Below are positions 55,941 through 64,000 of a stretch of 64,000 nt of DNA, one piece after another; within the stretch, counting starts at the first letter, position 1, and every line of letters begins with the position of its first letter. The notes under the pieces are model-generated. The model was not told the DNA's origin and did no database searches. It saw nothing but the letters and a program-made list of their open reading frames with translations. The position numbers were made by a program, and so were the translations under genes. Source of the DNA: a virus (Duplodnaviria; Caudoviricetes); IMG/VR virus record IMGVR_UViG_3300035208_002115; one strand, given 5' to 3'.

Positions 55941-56930
55941 TAACTGGCATTGATAGAGCCGAACTATTAAGAGGTTGTATATTAAGCATGACTAATATGG
56001 GTGCTGAGTATGTGAAGTGTGACGGATTTGATATATGTTTTAATATCCCCATACACAGGGAGATAAATGACATTGAAAAGTTAAGACGGTTAAGAGATTT
56101 ATTCTTCAAGGAATTTGGCCTCACATTAAAAGTAAAAAGAATTAAAATAACTTCATTTTAGAATTATAAATTAAATATGAAAAAAGAGAATATACCAGAT
56201 GATAGATTTAGCAATAAAATACGATTGAAATTCAAAGCTATTATTGATATTATTAAAAGTAAAAAATTTTATCTAATTACATTTACAGATAATGATGAAG
56301 TAAACTGGCGAACTCAATATAATATTAATGCTGATGATATTCATGATAAAATTTAATATTAAAATAGCATGAATTACTCATCACCTGAAATACAATATAA
56401 AAGATATATTGCCGAGGTCAATAGACAACTAAAACTTGCTAAACGTCAAGTTGAAAGAATACCAGAACTGAAAAAAATGAGTCAAATGTCATTTGATGAT
56501 TGGTTAACACAAAACAACAAAAAATAATATACAATGGAAGTACAGAAGTCAGACCTTAAATGGTTAATGGATAAAGTAGATTCATGTTCTCAGAGATATG
56601 TTGAATCTGAAAATTTCTTATTGGATATACTCGAAATGAATTTTTTCCAACGATTGTTCGTAAGAAGAAAAGCTTTAAGGTTTTTGAGGGAAAGAAAAAA
56701 ATATAATTTCTAAAATGATAGTAATAGTTGAGTTTAATCCGTTTGAATTTAGTATAGAACCAGATAAAAAACTCTGGGATGAAGCAAATTCTGAATCAAG
56801 AGAAATTTACATTAAAAACCAATTAACTGAATATTTAGAAAATAATATTGATGAATTGGTTAATTATTCGATTAAACGAATTACTATATAAATCATGAAA
56901 TTATATTACGAAAAGCACTAAAAATATAAA

Positions 56931-57161
56931 ATGAAAAAATTCGGAATAAAAATTCTAAATGAAAATATAGATAATTTTCATTCAGTTATTGTTGGTTTAA
57001 AAAAATTGGAGATTCGATTTCATGTTGATGGAGAATTTATATGGGTTTTTGAAAACGAATTAGATAAATTATCTACCGATAAAACTAATTATTTTTTATC
57101 TATGGATGATGGCTCAGTGTTCAGTTTCCATCAAATAGAAAATGATGATTTGAAATTATAA
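56931..57161 (+). CDS. hypothetical protein
   Basis: ORF. Confidence 0.6.
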   Translation: MKKFGIKILNENIDNFHSVIVGLKKLEIRFHVDGEFIWVFENELDKLSTDKTNYFLSMDDGSVFSFHQIENDDLKL

Positions 57162-57208
57162 CCAGTTATTCATTAAATGATAATGGTTTAAAAAATTATT
57201 CACATAAT

Positions 57209-57712
57209 ATGACAGAGCATGAAAAGTATTTATACTGTTTAGATTATATTAAAAAATACGAAGAAAAACATATTAGAAAACTTATACGAAATGAAAATCA
57301 CACAAAGCAACTTATATCATTTGAAGGTTTAAATGTTGGTGATATGTACCCAACTGATATAGACGGGGCTTTAGAGTATGATGATATATATTTAATCCTT
57401 TTTGAAGTTAAACATAATAATAAAGAAATACCAACTGGGCAAAAAAAATTATTAAAAAGAATTGCTGATAGTTGGGTTGAATCTGGTTTATATACTGGTA
57501 TTGAAAAAAAATCGATTATTTTTAAAGTTTCACACAATACACCACTTGGTGAGTCAATAAAGTTAGCCGAAGGAATGGTGATTGATTATTATTATGATGG
57601 AAATTGGTTAAAAAAAGACAAACCAATAACTGCATTACAGGCTATCTATGATATAGCCAAAGAATGGAAAATTAACAAATTAAAATCTTGGTATTTACTT
57701 AATACCATTTGA
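57209..57712 (+). CDS. PD-(D/E)XK nuclease-like protein
   Basis: PTDIDG...LFEVK...GQ pattern. Confidence 0.55.
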   Translation: MTEHEKYLYCLDYIKKYEEKHIRKLIRNENHTKQLISFEGLNVGDMYPTDIDGALEYDDIYLILFEVKHNNKEIPTGQKKLLKRIADSWVESGLYTGIEKKSIIFKVSHNTPLGESIKLAEGMVIDYYYDGNWLKKDKPITALQAIYDIAKEWKINKLKSWYLLNTI

Positions 57713-57757
57713 CTTATTATAAAAACGTATTAAATTAATATTAATATTGTAATAGAG

Positions 57758-58072
57758 ATGGATACAGGAGAATACATGGCTGGTCAAATGGATAGATTAA
57801 TTGAAGCAAGCCAATATCAAATGGAACAAGAATATGATGAAATGTGTGAATGCATCGAATCGTATATAAAGGAATGTAATTATACTTGGACGGTTGAAAA
57901 AATAATTGAACAATATCATAAACGTATGCATGGTGAATATATAAGTCACACAGCTAAAGATGTGGTAATCAAGTTTGAAAATGAGCTTAATAAATTTTAT
58001 AATAGAAAATATTATATATCATCCAATGAACAAACAACAACCACACCTGTTATAATAAAAAATAAAGTATAA
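57758..58072 (+). CDS. hypothetical protein
   Basis: ORF. Confidence 0.6.
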   Translation: MDTGEYMAGQMDRLIEASQYQMEQEYDEMCECIESYIKECNYTWTVEKIIEQYHKRMHGEYISHTAKDVVIKFENELNKFYNRKYYISSNEQTTTTPVIIKNKV

Positions 58073-58082
58073 AGAATATTAT

Positions 58083-58915
58083 ATGAGAAATCTCCGTGAA
58101 ATGATTATTATGCAGATTGATGTCACTAATCATTGCAATAAAGAATGTTCTAATTGTACAAGACTTATAGGACATTATAGGAAAGACCAGTTGTATTTCA
58201 TGGATGTTGATTATTTCGAAAAAGCTGTTATTTCATTAAAATCTTTTAATGGTGTAATTGGTGTAATGGGTGGACAGCCTACTTTACATCCACAATTTCC
58301 AGAATTATGTAGAATTATAAAAAAACACATAACCCCTCAATCTCGTAGAGGATTGTGGTCAAATTATTTTAAACATGAAGAATATGCTGATATTATCAGG
58401 GAAACCTTTGGATATTTTTGTCTAAATGACCACATTTCAAGTATTTATCATACTCCTATGTTAGTGTCCAGTAAGTCAATTATTGAAGACGAGGATAAAC
58501 GTCAAAAATATATTGATAATTGTTGGGTTCAAAATACATGGTCTGGTACAATTAATCCCAAAGGTGGGTTCTTTTGCGAGGTAGCTGGGCATTATCAATG
58601 TTATTAGATGGTATAAAAGGATTTGATATAGAAAATGAACCACACTGGTGGAAAAGGCCGATTGGTGATTTTTCCGACCAGAGAAAATGGGCTTGCGATA
58701 AATGTGGTGCTGCAATACCTTTAAAACCAAGACGTTCAAATCTTGAAATAGATGACATCTCACTTGATAATTATGAATTACTGAAAGAGCAGTCTGGTAA
58801 AATAAAGAGAGAAAAATATAAAATATTCACAGGGGATATCGACACCAAACAAGAAAGAAATGCATGTTGGTATAGATATTATGGTCAGAATGCAGTTGTT
58901 AAAGTTAAGCCTTAA
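58083..58915 (+). pseudogene. radical SAM protein split by a frameshift near 58587
   Basis: CNKECSNC and MGGQP; frames join as FFCEVAG-ALSMLLDG if one base is added at GGG 58587-58589. Confidence 0.7.
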
Positions 58916-59783
58916 CCACTAATGGTTTTTTAAGTGTTATACCTTCATCACTACCATATTTTACAATCTTATATATAAGAACTGGCGCACTATGTTCGAC
59001 TTCAATCTCTTTTTCATAGTTTAAATTCCAAGCTGATTTATAAACAGTTGCATTCCAATTTATATCTTCGGGTTTAACTTTTCCGTATAATATATAACAA
59101 TCTTCTCTTGAACCGCTATGTGGTTCTGCACCTTCTTCTTCATAAGACCAAAATAACCCTACACCGTTGAAAGTTTTAAACTGTGTATATGCGTCTACGA
59201 AACTACCTTTACTATATGATACAGCTCTGTAAATAGGTATTAATCCATTTTCATCCTGTTCATCAATTAGAATATCCAAGACGTTGTTTTCATGTAATTT
59301 TTCATAAAAAATATCATTCTTTATATCATTATCAATTTTTTCTAAATCTGGATTATCTTTAATAAGAAAATCTTGTAAGTCGTATAATAATTTAAATTCT
59401 TCTGTAATGTCACGAAGTGAACAATTCGGATTTTCTTTTATATAATTTTTTATTTCGTCATTATAATATTCTGGTTTATTTAGTGGACTATATCTATCTA
59501 AGAATACTGAATTAAATTGATATTGGATTGATTCACTGTCTATATCGCCATCTTTAAAAGATGTGAAAGCGTTATTTTCTTCATTTTCCCAAGCTTTTAT
59601 TATATCCTGTCTATCCCAATCAGAGGTGAAAGTTTCTGATTTAATTTTCAACTCATTAGATAATTCTTCCAATCTGTCTATAATGTGTACATGAGTTGGT
59701 TTATCATGTATAGGATGTTGACCTTTTAAAAAAGGTATTTCAAGTTGATTTCTAAATTCATTTAATGACAAAATATGTCTCAT
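58905..59783 (-). CDS. hypothetical protein with C-terminal ART-like pattern; capsid-targeting-like N-terminus
   Basis: Starts MRHILSLNEF; IYRAV...GLFWS...EKEI. Confidence 0.65.
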   Translation of the reverse strand: MRHILSLNEFRNQLEIPFLKGQHPIHDKPTHVHIIDRLEELSNELKIKSETFTSDWDRQDIIKAWENEENNAFTSFKDGDIDSESIQYQFNSVFLDRYSPLNKPEYYNDEIKNYIKENPNCSLRDITEEFKLLYDLQDFLIKDNPDLEKIDNDIKNDIFYEKLHENNVLDILIDEQDENGLIPIYRAVSYSKGSFVDAYTQFKTFNGVGLFWSYEEEGAEPHSGSREDCYILYGKVKPEDINWNATVYKSAWNLNYEKEIEVEHSAPVLIYKIVKYGSDEGITLKKPLVVKA

Positions 59784-59865
59784 TAGTCTTATAAATATAT
59801 TTTAATGTATATATAATTTTTTTCTGTGGAAAACCTTTTATATTTTTGTTAATTAAATTTATTAT

Positions 59866-60642
59866 ATGAACCCTGACATTATTGGCACATTGGTGGAATT
59901 TAAAATGGGTAATATCTCAATAGAAGAAGCCCATGATAGAATAAATAATAATAATTCTCTAAAATTAACAATTGATAAATTTTTAAATACTGATATAAGT
60001 TCAATATACTTACTGGGAAAAAGGTCGATTCGTGATTATAAAAAACTTTTTTCTATAATACTAAGATTGGAAGATGACATGCCTGAATTGAGAATAGAAC
60101 CAATAGAATACCAAATTTTTGCATACGAATTTCAACGAATGTTAATACCAAACCCAGCTTATCGGGAAATGATTAACAATGGTGACTCTTTTTTTAAATT
60201 AGGGTTTAAGGATTACGATGATGATACAATTATAAAAATATGTGAAAATTATGTTAAACTGACATTAAAAGAATATGAGAAGGTTGATACTAATGAAATC
60301 TCGCATATGTCAGTATTAATGAATATACTCGGATTCATTTTTGATGACGGTGATGGGTTTGAAAATGCTTTCCTTTATTTAATTAAAAAAATAAATTCTT
60401 TTCAATTTGGAACACAGTTTAATATATCTGATATTCTTTCATTTGATTTAAATTGGAAACACTTATTTCACAACTATATGGTAGATTTCACTAAGATTGG
60501 GTTTATGGTTAATAACCCGATTGGTATTTATACAAAACAGTATAATATACCAGAAAATTTATATTTTACAGATTTAGATACAGATGAAAAAATAATAAAA
60601 TTACGGAGAAAACTTAAACTTGAAGAAATATTAGAATACTAA
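59866..60642 (+). CDS. hypothetical protein with C-terminal tag
   Basis: Ends RRKLKLEEILEY. Confidence 0.7.
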   Translation: MNPDIIGTLVEFKMGNISIEEAHDRINNNNSLKLTIDKFLNTDISSIYLLGKRSIRDYKKLFSIILRLEDDMPELRIEPIEYQIFAYEFQRMLIPNPAYREMINNGDSFFKLGFKDYDDDTIIKICENYVKLTLKEYEKVDTNEISHMSVLMNILGFIFDDGDGFENAFLYLIKKINSFQFGTQFNISDILSFDLNWKHLFHNYMVDFTKIGFMVNNPIGIYTKQYNIPENLYFTDLDTDEKIIKLRRKLKLEEILEY

Positions 60643-60652
60643 TAACTTTTTT

Positions 60653-61105
60653 ATGAACTTATTACACAACATAGATGAAGATTTAAACAAACTTTTGAGT
60701 AAATTATATGAATACATAATTTGTAGTAGTAGATATACATCTGGTCAATTTACAGTTTCATATGAAGCTAATGTCAAAAAAAAGATGAACCTGTATTTTT
60801 TTGGAAAAGGTTATAATACTAAACAATTAGTATTTGATATGTTTAATGATTGTAGAATAGGTGGTAAAATAATACCACAAAAAATAATACCATCAATTGT
60901 TTATGATATAAATAAGACATCCATAACTGGTTATCTTTCTTTTTTAGTTCGCTGTGGTTATATAACAAAATGTGACAATAAAACAGGAGAATATAAATTA
61001 AATTGTCGCATACCTGCCAATTTGAAATTAACAGATATTAAAGATAAAGACAATTTGAAAAAAATACAAAGGTCTGTAAAAATTAAAACACTTGGTATAA
61101 AATAA
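60653..61105 (+). CDS. hypothetical protein (possible winged helix) with C-terminal tag
   Basis: YLSFLVRCGYITK; ends QRSVKIKTLGIK. Confidence 0.65.
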   Translation: MNLLHNIDEDLNKLLSKLYEYIICSSRYTSGQFTVSYEANVKKKMNLYFFGKGYNTKQLVFDMFNDCRIGGKIIPQKIIPSIVYDINKTSITGYLSFLVRCGYITKCDNKTGEYKLNCRIPANLKLTDIKDKDNLKKIQRSVKIKTLGIK

Positions 61106-61112
61106 TATTAAA

Positions 61113-61445
61113 ATGAATCATGATTTTGAAATGCCATTAAATTATTCTTTAAGATTCGAACAGAATTTAAAAGAATACAAATCGTTGAATGAATTTATAA
61201 CTTCAATGGAAAATTCTATGATGTCTATCGGTTCACTGATAGAATCTATACGGGTGGTGTGTGGTGGTTTTAAAACTGATGAAAGAATATATGTTATTAT
61301 AAGGAATTTAAAAGAAGGAAAAGTTATAGATTTTGAAGGGAATGTAGAAGATGTTGATAGGAATCAATCAGTGCTTATTTACCCATCAACCAGTTTGAAA
61401 CGCTTGGTTAAACTTGATGAAATATTTGGAGATGGACTTAAATGA
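61113..61445 (+). CDS. hypothetical protein with C-terminal tag
   Basis: Ends KRLVKLDEIFGDGLK. Confidence 0.65.
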   Translation: MNHDFEMPLNYSLRFEQNLKEYKSLNEFITSMENSMMSIGSLIESIRVVCGGFKTDERIYVIIRNLKEGKVIDFEGNVEDVDRNQSVLIYPSTSLKRLVKLDEIFGDGLK

Positions 61446-61723
61446 AAAATAGTTCCAGAAATATTAATACATTGGCTAATATTTTAGCCATCTATTCAGA
61501 TGATAATGGAATCATTAGCTTCTCTAAACTACATGAGGTTATATCCAATACCATTAAAATATCCGAATCTGAAATACAATCATTCATACAACTATTAGAA
61601 GAAAAGAACATAATAACTCTTATAACTAATAATATGGTTGTTGGTGATATAAATTTTAAAGTCAAAACAATAAAAGAAATAAGACAACTAAAGATAAACG
61701 AAATTTTTGATATTAATGAGTGA
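61442..61723 (+). CDS. hypothetical protein (possible winged helix) with C-terminal tag
   Basis: Ends IRQLKINEIFDINE. Confidence 0.65.
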   Translation: MKNSSRNINTLANILAIYSDDNGIISFSKLHEVISNTIKISESEIQSFIQLLEEKNIITLITNNMVVGDINFKVKTIKEIRQLKINEIFDINE

Positions 61724-62750
61724 TATTCAATATATAACCAGAGATGAATTTAGAGAAAGTGTCTTAAAAAGAGATTCATATAAATGTGTTGTCTGTGGAC
61801 AACCAGCAAAAGACGCACATCACATTTTAGAACGAAAGCTTTTCGGTGAATCGGGTGGATATTTTCTTGATAACGGAGCATCACTTTGTGGAAAACATCA
61901 TATTGAAGCCGAACAAACTATTATCACTTGTGATTTTTTGAGGGAAAAATGTCAAATTAAAAATATTATTTTACCAGAACATTTCGAAAACGAATATAAA
62001 TATGATAAGTGGGGTAATGTCTTACTACCTAATGGTAATAGATTAAAAGGTGAATTATTTTTTGATGAATCTGTTCAAAAGATACTTGGAGAAGCTGGTA
62101 TTCTTAACACTTTTCAGAAGTATATAAAATATCCTCGGACATATCATGTTCACTGGAGTAATTTATCATCAGACGACAAAATGCTTAAAGATGATAGTAT
62201 TTTTATTGATAAAAATGTAGTATGCAGTCTTAAAATGGATGGGGAGAACACTACATGTTATAACGATTATATTCATGCTCGTTCTTTAGATTCAAATAAT
62301 CATGAAAGCCGTAATTGGGTGAAAGGAATGTTGGCTAAAGTGTCTTATCTACTGGATGATAATATGCGAATATGTGGAGAAAACTTATATGCAGTTCATA
62401 CAGTTCGATATAATATTCTTAAAAGCTATTTCTACATGTTTTCTTTCTGGATTGATAATAAGTGCTTGTCATGGGAAGAAACTGTTCAATACGCTTCTAT
62501 TTTAGATTTAGAAACAGTTCCTGTGTTTTATGATGGTATATATGATAAAGAAAAGATTATAGCTGCCTTTTCTCCATATGAAAAAGAAAATGAGGGATAT
62601 GTTATAAGACTTTCGGATGAATTTGATTATATCAATTTCCGAAAATCTGTCGCCAAATATGTTCGGCCAGAATTCCGAAACACATTGAATGAAAAGGATG
62701 AACATTGGATAACCAAAAAAGTAGAAAAGAATAATTTAATTATAATATGA
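61716..62750 (+). CDS. HNH domain - RNA ligase fusion protein
   Basis: RDSYKCVVC...DAHHI...NGASLCGKHH, then KYPRTYH, KMDGEN, GENLYA, EGYVIR, AKYVR. Confidence 0.8.
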   Translation: MSDIQYITRDEFRESVLKRDSYKCVVCGQPAKDAHHILERKLFGESGGYFLDNGASLCGKHHIEAEQTIITCDFLREKCQIKNIILPEHFENEYKYDKWGNVLLPNGNRLKGELFFDESVQKILGEAGILNTFQKYIKYPRTYHVHWSNLSSDDKMLKDDSIFIDKNVVCSLKMDGENTTCYNDYIHARSLDSNNHESRNWVKGMLAKVSYLLDDNMRICGENLYAVHTVRYNILKSYFYMFSFWIDNKCLSWEETVQYASILDLETVPVFYDGIYDKEKIIAAFSPYEKENEGYVIRLSDEFDYINFRKSVAKYVRPEFRNTLNEKDEHWITKKVEKNNLIII

Positions 62751-62962
62751 GACCGAATTGGAAAGATGGTGATAAATGTTTAGTTTTCGATTATAAAACT
62801 TGGCAAAAAACTGGTGATATAGGAAACAACGAACAGTTCTTTAAAGAGGCCACTATTGAAAAGGTATATTTTTTAAAAGGTGAATATGTAGCAGATATAT
62901 TCTGGACTCATGCCAATGAGATGAGCAAAGGACATTTTTTAAAATGTATAAAACCTTTCTAA
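62747..62962 (+). CDS. hypothetical protein
   Basis: ATGA overlap. Confidence 0.6.
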   Translation: MRPNWKDGDKCLVFDYKTWQKTGDIGNNEQFFKEATIEKVYFLKGEYVADIFWTHANEMSKGHFLKCIKPF

Positions 62963-63391
62963 ATAATTAAAACTTTTTTATTTTTTCATTCTATAAGAAT
63001 AAAAATAATGGAGTTTTTATGAAAACATTAAAGAAAAACGATGAAATTATCAGAGTTACAGAAGAAAAAGTTAAGAATTATTTAAACATGGGTTACAACT
63101 ACTGCCCGAAAGACGAATGGAAAAAGAACGTTCGTGATGTGGATAGAAAACCCAAAAATGACAACCCTAAAACGGGAAATAAAAAATAATAATCATAAAG
63201 TGAAAAGAAAGCATATATTTTTTGGATTATTAATTTTAGTATTTAGCATTGCATTAATATTAATAAATAGTTTTCTCCCTGCTTATACTGAAGCCTGTGC
63301 ATATGTTTTTTCATTTACAGCCTTATTTTTAGGATTTATTAAATGGCTTCCAAGATTGAACACTTGGTTTGAACATATGGTATTATAAATT

Positions 63392-63754
63392 ATGAAATTA
63401 ATATTATTTGGATTTTTATTTGGCTTATTTTCAGCACTATACTTCAGTTATCTGACGTATAGTGCTATTTTTTTTACTATTAAAAAATTTTTCATAATGT
63501 TATTTAGTATTAGATATCTTTTTAAAATATTTAAAAAGAAAAATAATAAAAAAATCGCAAAGGTCGGTGATTGTATACAATGGACGATGCCTGATAATTG
63601 TGGCAGACTATCAAATAAGGTATATGAAAGTGAAGTTGTGATGGTTGATTTAAAAGAACAACATTATGGGGTATACGCAGAATATGGTCAGGATTTAATA
63701 CCATTTGAGTCTGCGGTGAATATTGATGTTATTCACCGCAAATTTTGCGGTTAA
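63392..63754 (+). CDS. hypothetical membrane-anchored protein
   Basis: Hydrophobic N-terminus, soluble C-terminus. Confidence 0.55.
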   Translation: MKLILFGFLFGLFSALYFSYLTYSAIFFTIKKFFIMLFSIRYLFKIFKKKNNKKIAKVGDCIQWTMPDNCGRLSNKVYESEVVMVDLKEQHYGVYAEYGQDLIPFESAVNIDVIHRKFCG

Positions 63755-63806
63755 TAAGTGAAGAAGTTGGGTTTAAAATAAAAATATATATAATAAAAAT
63801 ATTATT

Positions 63807-64000
63807 ATGAGATATAAAACCCCACTTCAAAAAGAATATAATACTAAGGATTATCATTTTATCCGAAATAATATGATGTTAGGTCATAGTTATATATGGG
63901 ATAACTCTGGTGGTTGTGGTGAAGGTGATGCATTGTGGAGAACTGGTTGGGCATACATTACATATGGTGATAAGTGTTTTAAAGACGGTATACTTTCTTG
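63807..64000 (+). CDS. hypothetical protein, truncated by window end
   Basis: MRYKTPLQKEY...GEGDALWRTG open to the end; ATATATA motif upstream. Confidence 0.5.
   Translation, partial: MRYKTPLQKEYNTKDYHFIRNNMMLGHSYIWDNSGGCGEGDALWRTGWAYITYGDKCFKDGILS

Noticed and set aside
1159-62705. Short antisense or nested ORFs (e.g. 1159, 5585, 9606, 25411, 25675, 36299, 51809, 53563, 62508)
   Set aside because: Shadows of better-supported genes on the other strand or frame.
1-64000. Stop-codon reassignment as in some large phages
   Set aside because: Known genes are intact and tightly packed in code 11, TAG and TGA both end genes, and no suppressor tRNA was seen.

Overview
AT-rich, gene-dense segment of a large (jumbo/huge-type) dsDNA phage genome in the standard genetic code. 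The host is probably Bacteroidota, judged from TTTG-N19-TAnnTTTG promoters and a type II-C-like CRISPR repeat. Most ORFs are small hypotheticals. Recognisable genes include YopX, Pth2-like hydrolase, a minimal HisRS core, topoisomerase IB, RlmN-like radical SAM, microbial PARG, HNH nucleases, two RNA ligases, an orphan ABC ATPase, YqeY and Thg1. There are 16 tRNA genes (one with a group I intron) plus one aberrant tRNA-like gene. The standout locus (35340-37857) is an intact IscB with a zinc-finger insert at the REC position, followed by a CRISPR array (36-bp repeats, 6 full spacers) and an anti-repeat-containing HEARO/omegaRNA-like scaffold, with no cas1/cas2 or transposase in the window: a candidate phage-encoded CRISPR-guided IscB system. 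Second, the tRNA cluster is preceded by an attenuator-like leader whose first 17 codons encode only the amino acids served by the phage tRNAs in this window. Also seen: a structured ~350-nt ncRNA candidate with in-phase hexamer repeats, about 23 proteins with a shared N-terminal capsid-targeting-like peptide tied to one promoter motif, and 24 proteins with a shared C-terminal RxxK[IL]xx[ILM] tag. All calls were made by eye; no database searches or folding programs were run.
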